This document shows positions 7,501 through 16,984 of a DNA stretch of 64,000 nucleotides, piece after piece; position 1 is the first letter of the stretch, and every line of letters begins with the position of its first letter. The notes under the pieces are model-generated. The model searched no databases. It saw only the letters and a program-made list of their open reading frames with translations, and was not told where the DNA came from. Origin of the DNA: Dehalococcoidia bacterium UBA2160 (GTDB lineage Bacteria > Chloroflexota > Dehalococcoidia > Lucifugimonadales > UBA1123); contig DCWO01000139.1 of assembly GCA_002328865.1 (NCBI GenBank), positions 27,633-91,632 on the forward strand, read 5' to 3'. A program made the position numbers and the translations under genes.

Positions 7501-8661
7501 ATGTTGAAAACAACTGGATCCGGCCCGCGCAAAGCAGGAATAATATTCGCGGCACTGGCTTTGGCCCTGATGGCCGGCGCCTGCAGTCGCATCAGTAATC
7601 CACAAGGATGGTCCGGGGTCGCCGCGTCCGGAGATACGCTCGTCGTTGGAACCCAGGAAGGGCAACTCCTCGCTATCGACAAGAACGATGGCTCGACCTT
7701 GTGGCGTCGCGATCTGATAGGCGAGGAAGATGAGCACGCGATCTACGGCGCCCCGATCGTCGATGGCGAAGTGGTGTTCGCCGGCAGCTACGACGGCAGG
7801 TTGTACGCGTTCGACCTCGAAGGATTGCCAGCCCGGTGGGGTGACAGGAGGCTAGACGACCGGATAGTTGGCGGACTGACGTTGGCCGGCGAGTCGATTG
7901 TGGTTGGGTCCGTATCCTTGGCCGACGACGGCGAAGACGAAGGTACGCTTTGGGCTCTGGATGCCGTCACCGGAGACGAACTGTGGCGATTCACCACCCC
8001 GGGACCGATCTGGACGACGCCCACGGTTGCCGACGGGCTGGTTTTCATCGGCACGCTGAACCAGATGATTTACGCAGTCAACCTCAGCGACGGCCAGAAA
8101 GCCTGGCAGTTCGAAACAGGCGGCGGCGTCGTGGCCAAGCCCCTCGTGTCGAACGGCCGTGTGTACGTTGGCGCGTTCGACAGCGTCTTCTACGCGCTAG
8201 ACGCCAAGACCGGCGCCGAGGCCTGGAGATTCTCAGAAGCGGAGAAGTGGTTCTGGGCCGGGGCGATTGCCCGCGACAACCTGATACTGGCGCCCTCGCT
8301 GGACGGAAACTTGTACGCTCTCGACGCGACTTCAGGCTTTCCTCAGTGGAAGATCGAATCCGAAGGTTCCATCGTGGGCTCCCCTGTGATCGTCGGAGAC
8401 CTGATCGCGGTTCCGATAGCCGATGGCGGAGAGTCGAAAATCTCCCTCGTTGAGATCAATGGGAGCCAGCGTGAGGCGTGCAAGATCGGCGAAGATGTGA
8501 GAACGCCGCTGTCGACGGACGGAGAACTGATATACTTTGCCGCGACAAATCATTCGATTTGGGCGCTTCGCATCAAGCAAAACGGAAACCCGGACGAAGA
8601 GTGGGTGTATTTTACTGACCAAGACGACCCGATTCCGAGAGATCGGAGCAAGGCGTGTTAG
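7501..8661 (+). CDS. PQQ-like beta-propeller repeat lipoprotein (BamB-like fold)
   Basis: Signal peptide and lipobox (AALALALMAGAC). Repeated motifs of the type G.L.A.D..tG...W / G.vy.g..dg.lyAld occur about eight times (LYAFDLEG, LWALDAVTGDELW, IYAVNLSDGQKAW, FYALDAKTGAEAW, LYALDATSGFPQW). ATG 7501 is preferred over GTG 7453. Confidence 0.85.
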   Translation: MLKTTGSGPRKAGIIFAALALALMAGACSRISNPQGWSGVAASGDTLVVGTQEGQLLAIDKNDGSTLWRRDLIGEEDEHAIYGAPIVDGEVVFAGSYDGRLYAFDLEGLPARWGDRRLDDRIVGGLTLAGESIVVGSVSLADDGEDEGTLWALDAVTGDELWRFTTPGPIWTTPTVADGLVFIGTLNQMIYAVNLSDGQKAWQFETGGGVVAKPLVSNGRVYVGAFDSVFYALDAKTGAEAWRFSEAEKWFWAGAIARDNLILAPSLDGNLYALDATSGFPQWKIESEGSIVGSPVIVGDLIAVPIADGGESKISLVEINGSQREACKIGEDVRTPLSTDGELIYFAATNHSIWALRIKQNGNPDEEWVYFTDQDDPIPRDRSKAC

Positions 8662-8678
8662 GGGCGGACTGAGGCAAT

Positions 8679-9599
8679 TTGGAATTCATAATCGACACCT
8701 GGAATTTGGTAATCATCCAGCCGATGATCAATGGCTTGGTGATGTTGTACAGTGTATTCTTCAGCAACTTCGGCATCGCTGTGATCGCGTTCACGCTGAT
8801 TGTCCGGATGATCATGATCCCCTTGTCCGTCAAGCAGAGCCGTCAGATCAAGTCAATGGGCGCACTTCAGCCGCTGATGAAGGAGATCCAGGCAAAGCAC
8901 AAAAACGACAAGCAGCGGGCATCCCAAGAGACGATGCGCCTGTACAAGGACCACGGAGTCAACCCGCTGGGTTGCCTGGGACCGATGTTCATCCAGTTCC
9001 CGATTTGGATCGGCCTGTACCAGGCGATCCTGCAAACGGTGCCTTCGAATCCCGAGAGCCTCGTCGGCCTGTCCCGTCACCTGTATGGCTGGCTTCCGCA
9101 GGTTCACAAGGTAGTGCCGATCGACAGTTCGTTCCTCTGGCTGGACCTGGCCAAGCCAGATCCTTCGCCGTTCATTATGCCCATTTTGGTGGGCGGCTCG
9201 ATGTTCGTAATGCAGAAGATGTCGAGCATGCCGGCCGCGGACGACCGGCAGGCATCGACAAATCGTATGATGTTGTGGATGATGCCGCTGATGTTCGGTT
9301 TCTTCACGCTGAATTTCCCGAGCGGACTGGCAGTGTATTGGGTGGTTTCAAACGTGATTGGGGTGGCGATTCAGGGGTTCATCACTGGTTGGGACCCGCT
9401 GAAGAACCTGTTCGCCTTCGGGCGCGCCGCCGATCAGGCGAGTACGGTCAGCACGACGCCTTCGCTGGCTTTGCCCACCGAGGAGACGGTAATCAATGAC
9501 GGAGATAGTAATAACGGCCAAGACAGTGGACGAAGCAATCGAGCTCGCCCTAAAGGAGCTCGACGCCGAGCGCGCCGAGGTAGAAATAGACGTCGTTAG
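8679..9599 (+). CDS. yidC: membrane protein insertase YidC (short, monoderm type, with Arg-rich C-terminal tail)
   Basis: 306 aa with a TTG start preceded by GAGG. YidC/Oxa1 core motifs are present: QIKSMGALQPLMKEIQAKHKNDKQRASQETMRLYKDHGVNPLGCL, and FLWLDLAKPD...PILVGGSMFVMQKM. The tail is ...RARPKGARRRARRGRNRRR. Confidence 0.92.
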   Translation: MEFIIDTWNLVIIQPMINGLVMLYSVFFSNFGIAVIAFTLIVRMIMIPLSVKQSRQIKSMGALQPLMKEIQAKHKNDKQRASQETMRLYKDHGVNPLGCLGPMFIQFPIWIGLYQAILQTVPSNPESLVGLSRHLYGWLPQVHKVVPIDSSFLWLDLAKPDPSPFIMPILVGGSMFVMQKMSSMPAADDRQASTNRMMLWMMPLMFGFFTLNFPSGLAVYWVVSNVIGVAIQGFITGWDPLKNLFAFGRAADQASTVSTTPSLALPTEETVINDGDSNNGQDSGRSNRARPKGARRRARRGRNRRR

Positions 9600-10131
9600 C
9601 CGAGGCAAGGCTGGCATACTCGGGATCGGCAGTGAGCCGGCCAAGGTGCGGGCGGTTCTTCTGGATGCTCCGTCCGACATTGTCACGACGACCACCGAGG
9701 TGCTCGACAAAGTTGTGTCGTTGCTCGGAGTTGACGTGGTCACCTCGCTGACCAACGCCGAGAAAGAAGACCTCGGCGGTCCAGCTTTCGACATCGAAGG
9801 TGACGACGCCGGGCTGCTCATCGGACGGCGAGGCGAAACCCTGAAGTCGCTCCAGTTCCTCGTCAAGTACATGGTCAGCCAGCGACTGGGCGTCAACGCC
9901 AACCTTCAGGTGGACGTCGAAGGCTACCAGGAGCGCAGGAACCAGGCTCTGGCCAACATGGCCCGTCGCGTGGCGCAGCGCGTACTGGATTCAGGGAACC
10001 CCATCAGCCTGGAGCCAATGCCAGCCAACGAACGGCGAATCGTTCACCTGACCCTCGCGGACCACGCACACGTCACCACGGAGAGCGCTGGCTCCGGCGT
10101 GGCCAGGCAGGTTGTGGTGCACCCCAAGTAG
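9496..10131 (+). CDS. jag: RNA-binding protein Jag/KhpB (Jag_N, KH, R3H)
   Basis: MTEIVITAKTVDEAIELALKELDAERAEVEIDVVSRGKAGILGIG is a canonical Jag N-domain. The C-terminus has PMPANERRIVHLTLADH (R3H). A strong SD, AGGAGA at 9481-9486, lies 9 nt before the ATG. Confidence 0.9.
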   Translation: MTEIVITAKTVDEAIELALKELDAERAEVEIDVVSRGKAGILGIGSEPAKVRAVLLDAPSDIVTTTTEVLDKVVSLLGVDVVTSLTNAEKEDLGGPAFDIEGDDAGLLIGRRGETLKSLQFLVKYMVSQRLGVNANLQVDVEGYQERRNQALANMARRVAQRVLDSGNPISLEPMPANERRIVHLTLADHAHVTTESAGSGVARQVVVHPK

Positions 10132-10203
10132 CCGCTTCAACCAAAGCGCGCCGACTTTCATTGACGACGCTGACCAGGTTCGAGATCGAGCGGGTGCAGA
10201 GTC

Positions 10204-11037
10204 ATGTCGAGTCCCATCAAGCCCGATGTCGTAGTGGTGGGCAACGTCACCAAGGACTTGACCAAGGAAGGTTATGTCCTGGGAGGCGGGGTCTCTTACG
10301 CTGCGTTGACTGTCAAAGCGCTCGGATTGAATCCCGCGGTGGTCACGAGTTGCGGCATCGATGTGGATCCCTCGGCGCTCCTGCAGGGGATTCCGGCTCA
10401 TGTTGTCCCTTCTAATTCGACCACGACCTTCGTTAACTCGTACCACGGCGGCCGTAGGCGTCAAGTGATCAAAGCTGTAGCCAACGTCATATTCGCGGCC
10501 GATGTCCCGGACGATTGGCGCGCGGCGCCGCTCGTGCTGCTGGCGCCGATCGCCCGCGAGATCGACGACTCCATCCTGGACGCGTTTCACTCGGCCACTG
10601 TCGCGGCGTCCATCCAGGGCTGGGTCAGAGATTGGGACGATCAAGGCAACGTCTTCTCGAAACCTTGGGACGGAGGGCGCGTGCTGGAGCGAATCGACGC
10701 CGTCCAGTTCTCCGACGATGACGACGTGCCGTCTGAGCAGATCGCCCAATGGAATGAGCGTTGCCCTGTACTCCTCAATACCCGTGGCTCCAAGGGCTGC
10801 CGGATATGGACCCGTGGGGCTTGGCGCGATCTGCCTGCCTTTTCGGCAAATGAAGTAGATCCGACCGGCGCGGGGGATGTGTTCTCGGCGGCGTACCTGG
10901 TAAGATTTCGAGAATCCGAAGACGAGCTGGACGCGGCCAGGTTTGCTGGCTGCGCAGCCAGCTTCTGCGTAGAACGCCAAGGCGTCGAAGGTATCCCAAA
11001 CCGGGTCCAGATTGAGGCTCGACTCAGAAGGAAATGA
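10204..11037 (+). CDS. PfkB-family carbohydrate/nucleoside kinase
   Basis: 277 aa. N-terminal VVVVGNVTKD...GGGVSYAA and C-terminal DPTGAGDVFSAAYL (PfkB signature 2). Confidence 0.85.
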   Translation: MSSPIKPDVVVVGNVTKDLTKEGYVLGGGVSYAALTVKALGLNPAVVTSCGIDVDPSALLQGIPAHVVPSNSTTTFVNSYHGGRRRQVIKAVANVIFAADVPDDWRAAPLVLLAPIAREIDDSILDAFHSATVAASIQGWVRDWDDQGNVFSKPWDGGRVLERIDAVQFSDDDDVPSEQIAQWNERCPVLLNTRGSKGCRIWTRGAWRDLPAFSANEVDPTGAGDVFSAAYLVRFRESEDELDAARFAGCAASFCVERQGVEGIPNRVQIEARLRRK

Positions 11038-11176
11038 CATCCTCAAAGCCATCTGTTTCGACTGTGACAGCTTAGCGGCGTTCGTTCTGGCATCGGACGC
11101 AGCATGAATCGATGTTTCTCGGCATCATGATCCGATAGACTCGGCCCGACAACGACTCATCAGAACCGGAAGGCAG

Positions 11177-11953
11177 TTGACGGTGGAAAACAAACGCGTC
11201 ACGTTGGCGCCTCTTGACCGGGTAGCGGTTGTTACACTGCGGTGGCAAGATGGCGACGGCCGAATCGACAACCCGATAGCTTTCGACATTGCCGACGTCT
11301 GCGCCGAAGTGAGACAGGACGACTCCGTTTGGGTTGTCGTCCTGACCGCTGACGGCGCCGAATTCTGTGGCGGGACCGATCCGGCCGCACTCCGTGCCGC
11401 CCAGACTGACGCCGCAGCGATCGAGACGCTCCGTGTGGCTGACGCTATCGCGGCCATAGAGAAGCCGGTTGTTTGCGCCATCAACGGCGACGCCGTCGAC
11501 CAGGGTCTCGAGATTGCACTCGCATGCGACCTGCGTGTTGCGTCAACCGGGGCGACGCTCGGGATGACGCAACTCGAACGCGGTTCGATGCCTTGGGATG
11601 GTGGGACACAGCGCCTGCCAAGATTGATCGGCCGGAGCAGGGCAACCGAGATGCTGCTGACATCCAGGTTGGTGTCGGCGGACGAAGCCGAGAACATCGG
11701 GTTGGTCAACTCGGTTGTCGGGCCGTCACAACTCCAAGACAAGGCGATCGAACTCGCATCCGTCATCGCTTCTCACGGCCCAATTGCCCTCAGATACGTC
11801 AAAGAAGCAGTTCTGAACGGTCTCGATCTAACCGTGGAACAGGGCCTGAGTCTCGAGGCCGACCTCAGCTTTTTGCTGCAAAGCACCAAAGACAGGTCAG
11901 AAGGCCTGTCATCGTTCTTGGCGAGACGAAAGCCTGAATACAGTGGCGAATAG
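11177..11953 (+). CDS. enoyl-CoA hydratase/isomerase (crotonase) family protein
   Basis: 258 aa. Crotonase layout: VVLTADGAEFCGGTD, KPVVCAINGDAVDQGLEIALACDLRV, GLVNSVV. Confidence 0.85.
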   Translation: MTVENKRVTLAPLDRVAVVTLRWQDGDGRIDNPIAFDIADVCAEVRQDDSVWVVVLTADGAEFCGGTDPAALRAAQTDAAAIETLRVADAIAAIEKPVVCAINGDAVDQGLEIALACDLRVASTGATLGMTQLERGSMPWDGGTQRLPRLIGRSRATEMLLTSRLVSADEAENIGLVNSVVGPSQLQDKAIELASVIASHGPIALRYVKEAVLNGLDLTVEQGLSLEADLSFLLQSTKDRSEGLSSFLARRKPEYSGE

Positions 11954-12707
11954 TGCGGACGGAGGACAGGTGACGGCTGACGAGACGACGGTTCTATATG
12001 CGAAGGACGGCCCCGTTGCCCGGATCGTCCTCAACCGTCCGAAACAGATCAACGCATTCAACGTGCAAATGCGCGACGACCTGTTTGCCGCTCTGGAAGC
12101 GGCCAAAGACGATCCCGACGTCAGGGCCGTCCTGATCTCAGGCGCCGGCGACAGAGGATTCTGCGCCGGAGCGGACCTCACGGAATTCGGATCCACACCC
12201 TCCCAGGCCATAGCCAGGCAGGTGCGTTGGGAGCGGGACCTCTGGGGCCTGTTCCTGACTTTCACAAAACCGCTTGTGGCCGCCCTCCATGGCTTCGTGA
12301 TCGGTTCCGGTGTCGAGATCGCATGCCTCTGCGACATCAGGATCGCCTCCGAGAGCGCCACGTTCCGCATGCCGGAAACGGCGCTGGGAATGGTTCCGGC
12401 CGCCGGCGGCAGTCAGACTCTGCCCAGAGTCATGGGGCAGGGCGACGCGATGGAGATGCTGTTGGCCAACACGCGGGTTTCGGCGTCGGGGGCGATATCG
12501 ACAGGACTCGTGCACGAGGTCGTGTCCGACGAAGATCTGGACGCGACGGCGATGGCCACGGCCAGCTACTTGGCCTCACGGCCTCCCGACGCGGTCGCGG
12601 CGATCAAACAGGCTGTTTTGACCGGCATGGACCTCCCAATCGCGCAAGGACTCGCACTGGAGCGCCGACTTGCGGCGCGATTGACGGCCGGAATGTCGGA
12701 AGGGTAG
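11943..12707 (+). CDS. enoyl-CoA hydratase/isomerase (crotonase) family protein
   Basis: 254 aa. RIVLNRPKQINAF, VLISGAGDRGFCAGADL, KPLVAALHGFVIGSGVEIACLCDIRI. Overlaps the previous crotonase gene by 11 nt. Confidence 0.88.
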   Translation: MANSADGGQVTADETTVLYAKDGPVARIVLNRPKQINAFNVQMRDDLFAALEAAKDDPDVRAVLISGAGDRGFCAGADLTEFGSTPSQAIARQVRWERDLWGLFLTFTKPLVAALHGFVIGSGVEIACLCDIRIASESATFRMPETALGMVPAAGGSQTLPRVMGQGDAMEMLLANTRVSASGAISTGLVHEVVSDEDLDATAMATASYLASRPPDAVAAIKQAVLTGMDLPIAQGLALERRLAARLTAGMSEG

Positions 12708-12774
12708 TGGAAACGAAGCCATATTGATGGTAGGCTATCGGGCGAATCTTCGACCAGGGGGCCCGTACTAGGAA

Positions 12775-14343
12775 ATGAATATCACCGAGTTTCTCGCCAT
12801 ATCGGCCGCCATCGTTCCCGATCGACCGGCTATGGTGTTCGAAGACCGGACAACGACATTCGAACAGTTGCAGTCCCGTGTCAACAAACTTGCAAACGGC
12901 ATGGCGGAACTTGGGGTCGGCGCGGGAGACCGGGTCGCGTTTCTCCACGTCAACACCGACCACTACGTCGAGGCATGCTTCGCCGCCGCGAAGCTGGACG
13001 CGGTGTTTGTTCCGCTCAACTTCCGCGCCCGCGGCGAAGAGCTTTCGTACATGATCAACGACTCCACGCCGAAAGTTCTGTTCCTAGGGCCCAGATACGC
13101 CGACCTCGTCAAGTCGTTCGCCGATGAAACCGAAAGCGTCGAGCACTACATCTGCATGGAGACCGAACTGGAAGGGTGGACGTCCTACGACGCCCTTTTG
13201 AACGAATCTTCCGACGAGGAAAGGTACCCCGAGGCGGGCGACGACGATCTGGCCGTAATCATGTTCACGGCCGGAACGACCGGATCCCCCAAGGGTGTAA
13301 TGCTCTCCCATGAGAGCTTCTCGTCGTACATCCTCAGCAACGTTTCTCCGGCGGACCCTGATGTCGATGAACGGAATATCCTGACCGTGCCGCTCTATCA
13401 CATCGCCGGAATGCAGGCGGTAGTGTCGGCCGTCTACGCTGGCCGGACGCTGATCATTCAGCGTCAGTTCGATGCGCTCGGCTGGATGCAGCTTGTCGAA
13501 GAGCACAAGGTCGACCGGGCGATGATGGTGCCGACCATGCTGAAACTCCTGATGGACCACGAAGAGTTCCATTCTCACGATCTGAACAGCCTCAAAGTCA
13601 TCACCTACGGCGCGGCGCCGATGCCCATCCAAGTGATCAAACGAGCCATCGAGGAGCTGCCTAACGCTCACTTCATTAATGCGTTTGGACAGACCGAAAC
13701 GGCTGCGACGATCACGATGCTGCCTCCCGAAGACCACATCTTGACTGGCACGCCCGAGGAGATAGACCGGAAACTCAAGCGTCTTTCCTCCATCGGAAAG
13801 CCGTTGGTGGACGTGGAAGTTCGGATCGTCGACGAGGACGGAGAGCAGTTGGACGTCGGCGAAACCGGTGAGATCGTCGCCAGCGGAGCCCGTCTGATGA
13901 AAGGTTACTGGCACATGGAAGCCGCCACCAAAGAGGCAATCCGCGGCGGATGGCTCTATACCGGAGACCTTGGGTACATGGACCCCGACGGCTACATCTT
14001 CCTCTCAGGGCGAGCAAAGGATTTCATCAAACGGGGCGGCGAGATGATATCGCCGGAAGAGGTGGAGCAGGTCCTGCAATCGCATCCAGCCATCGACGAG
14101 GCGGCGATCATCGGCATTCCCGATCTCGACTGGGGCGAGCGCGTCCGAGCCATCGTCGTGGCCAAACGAGGCCAAACGGTCGAGGAAGCCGAGATCATCG
14201 AGTACTGCCGCCAGCACCTGGCCAGCTACAAGAAACCCGAATCGGTGGTTTTGACGGACGAGCTCCCGCGAAATCCGCTTGGCAAGGTCTTGAAGCGAGT
14301 GCTCAGAGAGCAGTACGCGGAACCGATCGGCGCCGCAGACTAG
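12775..14343 (+). CDS. AMP-dependent acyl-CoA synthetase/ligase (ANL superfamily)
   Basis: 522 aa. AMP-binding motif MFTAGTTGSPKGVMLSH, YHIAG, GQTET, YTGDLGYMDPDGYIFLSGRAKD, C-terminal PRNPLGKVLKR. Confidence 0.92.
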   Translation: MNITEFLAISAAIVPDRPAMVFEDRTTTFEQLQSRVNKLANGMAELGVGAGDRVAFLHVNTDHYVEACFAAAKLDAVFVPLNFRARGEELSYMINDSTPKVLFLGPRYADLVKSFADETESVEHYICMETELEGWTSYDALLNESSDEERYPEAGDDDLAVIMFTAGTTGSPKGVMLSHESFSSYILSNVSPADPDVDERNILTVPLYHIAGMQAVVSAVYAGRTLIIQRQFDALGWMQLVEEHKVDRAMMVPTMLKLLMDHEEFHSHDLNSLKVITYGAAPMPIQVIKRAIEELPNAHFINAFGQTETAATITMLPPEDHILTGTPEEIDRKLKRLSSIGKPLVDVEVRIVDEDGEQLDVGETGEIVASGARLMKGYWHMEAATKEAIRGGWLYTGDLGYMDPDGYIFLSGRAKDFIKRGGEMISPEEVEQVLQSHPAIDEAAIIGIPDLDWGERVRAIVVAKRGQTVEEAEIIEYCRQHLASYKKPESVVLTDELPRNPLGKVLKRVLREQYAEPIGAAD

Positions 14344-14388
14344 CGCCTCTATCCTATGCCGAAACTCAACTTAGTCCGTCCGTCCTGA

Positions 14389-14423
14389 GTCCCGACGCAT
14401 CGGGATCCCGGCTTTGTCGGGAC
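14389..14423. terminator. nested GC-rich hairpins between convergent genes (likely bidirectional terminator)
   Basis: GTCCCGAC (14389-14396) pairs with GTCGGGAC (14416-14423). Inside, TCCCGA-CGCA-TCGGGA and TCCCGG-CTTTG-TCGGGA can form alternative hairpins. The element lies between the ligase stop (14343) and the serS stop (14542). Confidence 0.45.
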
Positions 14424-14541
14424 CTGCCGAAGGACCCCGACGTGCCAAGTATCGCCACGCGACCAGCGAGCGCCGACAACATTAGCTGAAATTCCTTCAC
14501 TGACTGCCCCCAGGAACTGTCCCGCGAGGGTGTGGCGGCGA

Positions 14542-15813
14542 TCAGCCTTCCGGCGCCTCGATCTTGTCGAATCCGGCGTACGGCCTCAGCACCTCAGGGA
14601 CGGCGACTGAGCCGTCTTCCTGCTGATAATTCTCAAGCACGGCGATCATGACTCGCGACAACGCCAGTCCCGATCCGTTCAGCGTATGCACGAACCTCGG
14701 CCTGGCCCCTTGCTCCGGACGATATCGAATCATAGCTCGACGGGCTTGGTAGTCGGTGCAGTTCGAGCAAGAACTGACCTCCAGCCATTCCTCCGCTCCC
14801 GGCGCCCACAACTCGATGTCGAAGGACTTAACCGCCGGGGCGGACATGTCGCCAGTGCACAGCTCCAGCACTCGATACGGGATCTCCAGCATCGCAGCGA
14901 CACTCTCCGCGTCCGCGACCAGCTTCTGAAGCTCCTCGGTGGACGTTTCGGGTTCCACGAACTTGTACATCTCCACCTTCTCGAACTGGTGGACTCGCTT
15001 GATGCCCCGCGTGTCGCGGCCCGCGGAGAACTTCTCACGTCGCCAGCACGGCGTGTGAGCGACATAGTTCAAGGGCAGGGTCCCAGCGTCCAGGATTTCG
15101 TCCCTGTGCAGGCTGGTGATGCCGGCCTCTGCCGTCGGCAGCATCCAGAGATCGTCCTCTTCGTCGTGATACATCTCTTCTTGAAAATGAGGCAAGTGTC
15201 CGCTGGCGGTCATCGTGTCTCGGCCAACCATATACGGCAGATAGACCTCTGTGTAGCCGTGCTCTCTGCTGTGGAGGTTCAGCATCCACGTGATCAGCGC
15301 TCGTTGAAGCGCGGCGCCCTTTCCGTGGAGCACGAAGAACCGCGAGCCGGACAGCTTGACTCCGCGTTCGAAGTCGATGACGTTAAGCGATGGGCCTAGC
15401 TCCCAGTGCGGTTTCTGCTCGAAGCTCTGCTCGCGCGGTTCGCCAACGGAGCGGACCACGACGTTGGAGGACTCATCCAACCCCACGGGCGCGTCATCTT
15501 GCGGGATGTTGGGGATCGAAAGCAATATCTCGTTCAGTTGTTCGTCGAAGTCGCGCAGCGCCCCTTCAAGCTGCTTGATGCGGCCGCCTACCTGGCGCAT
15601 CTCGTCGATCAGTTCCTGCGGTCGATCCTTGGAGCGACCGATCTCGCGGCTGACATCGTTTCGACGAGAGCGGAGTTCGTCCGCCTCGACGATGGCGGCG
15701 CGCCGTTGCCGGTCGAGGTCGAGAACCACGTCTAACGGCGCATCGTGACCGCGATTTTGCATGGCGGTGCGGACCAGATCGGTGTGGTCTCGAATGGTTT
15801 CTATGCTAATCAA
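14542..15813 (-). CDS. serS: seryl-tRNA synthetase
   Basis: 423 aa with a TTG start. N-terminal coiled-coil arm (IETIRDHTDLVRTAMQNRG...) and class II core (FFVLHGKGAALQRALITWML, TAEAGI, PCWRREKFSAGRDTRGIKRVHQFEKVE, TLNGSGLA). Confidence 0.95.
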   Translation of the reverse strand: MISIETIRDHTDLVRTAMQNRGHDAPLDVVLDLDRQRRAAIVEADELRSRRNDVSREIGRSKDRPQELIDEMRQVGGRIKQLEGALRDFDEQLNEILLSIPNIPQDDAPVGLDESSNVVVRSVGEPREQSFEQKPHWELGPSLNVIDFERGVKLSGSRFFVLHGKGAALQRALITWMLNLHSREHGYTEVYLPYMVGRDTMTASGHLPHFQEEMYHDEEDDLWMLPTAEAGITSLHRDEILDAGTLPLNYVAHTPCWRREKFSAGRDTRGIKRVHQFEKVEMYKFVEPETSTEELQKLVADAESVAAMLEIPYRVLELCTGDMSAPAVKSFDIELWAPGAEEWLEVSSCSNCTDYQARRAMIRYRPEQGARPRFVHTLNGSGLALSRVMIAVLENYQQEDGSVAVPEVLRPYAGFDKIEAPEG

Positions 15814-15862
15814 CGTTCACCTTCGTACCGGAGTAGATGTTTGTGGCTTGCGCCATGGCGTG

Positions 15863-16984
15863 TCAGGAGAGGATCTCTCGTAAACGCTGAGCGATGATCT
15901 GCTCGCCGTTTTCTTTGAGGGTCAGCATTCGGACGGCGAGCCCGTTGTCATCCTGGTGTTCTCGGACCCATATGCTCGGGTTCCCCGCTCGGAGTTCTTC
16001 GATGACGTCACCCGCTGTCTTGCCGACGACATCGGCGTCTATCTCTATGAACAGTCCTTCCGCCGGTCCATGGGCGGGGTAGTCGGACAGCGTTATGCCG
16101 CTCAAACCAGTGAGATCGGACCTGAGGGCCGAGATCCGCACCTCGTAGGCGGCGAAACGGTCCTCATGATTCATGGTCAGCCACTCGCGAAGCGCGCCGT
16201 AGACCGCGACGACCTCCTGGCGGTCCACCTTCATGGGACGTCCGAAGGAGCGGACAGAAGAGTCCTCGAATCCGATGAAGCTGTGCTTGCGCGCAACGTC
16301 CACGAGTTCTTTGCGGCCTGTGAGCACCCCGCTGGAGTTTACGGCCCCGAAGTATTTGGCGCCGTAAGCGACCAGGTCTGCGCCCATGTTTACGTACGCG
16401 CTAAGAAGGTCGGTCGGGTAAACTTGTCCGGCTGCATCGACGATGATCGGCACATCGTGAGCGTGGCCGATCTCGATGACGGTCTCGATCGGCAACGCGC
16501 CCGGCGTGCGGTCTCCCGGCGCCAGGTAGTGGATCGCGGCGGTGTTGGGGCCGATTGCCGCCTCGAGTTGGTCGACGGTAGTCCGGTCTTCATCGCCGAT
16601 CTCTACTAGTTTGCCGCCCGGAATCGTCATGCATCGATCGTACTTGACCCGAAGCTGGCGTTGGATCAGTATTTCGCTTCGCATCCCTGTCGTATCCGGC
16701 ATGCGCTCGATGTTGTCTTGATTGTCGCCCGAAATGATCGCGGCCGCTCCAACGGCCAAAGCCGCGGAGCATCCCGAGGTGACCAGAGCCGCTTCGACGC
16801 CAAGCATGTCAGCGATGCGGTGACCGACGCTGTCCATCAGTTCGCCGAGATTGACGTAGAACTCCTCGGAGTCGTCCATCAATGTGCGCACCGTCTCGGA
16901 TGGTGTGCCGCCGCCGAGCAGCGTTCGATTGCCCTGCGCGTTCAGCACGGGTCTGACGTTCAACTCTTCGAAGATGCTGGCCAT
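15863..16984 (-). CDS. SelA-like / DgaE-like fold-type I PLP-dependent enzyme
   Basis: About 373 aa. VTSGCSAALAVGAAA, IIVDAAGQ, and GADLVAYGAKYFGAVNSSGVL (putative PLP Lys) resemble the SelA/D-glucosaminate-6-P ammonia-lyase family. ATG 16984 is preceded by GGAGG. The track ORF begins at 16996. Confidence 0.75.
   Translation of the reverse strand: MASIFEELNVRPVLNAQGNRTLLGGGTPSETVRTLMDDSEEFYVNLGELMDSVGHRIADMLGVEAALVTSGCSAALAVGAAAIISGDNQDNIERMPDTTGMRSEILIQRQLRVKYDRCMTIPGGKLVEIGDEDRTTVDQLEAAIGPNTAAIHYLAPGDRTPGALPIETVIEIGHAHDVPIIVDAAGQVYPTDLLSAYVNMGADLVAYGAKYFGAVNSSGVLTGRKELVDVARKHSFIGFEDSSVRSFGRPMKVDRQEVVAVYGALREWLTMNHEDRFAAYEVRISALRSDLTGLSGITLSDYPAHGPAEGLFIEIDADVVGKTAGDVIEELRAGNPSIWVREHQDDNGLAVRMLTLKENGEQIIAQRLREILS

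Noticed and set aside
15863-16984. Calling this gene selA (selenocysteine synthase)
   Set aside because: It is about 90 aa shorter than canonical SelA, and no selB, selC or selD is visible. The motif pattern fits the broader SelA-like/DgaE family equally well, so only the family-level call is made.
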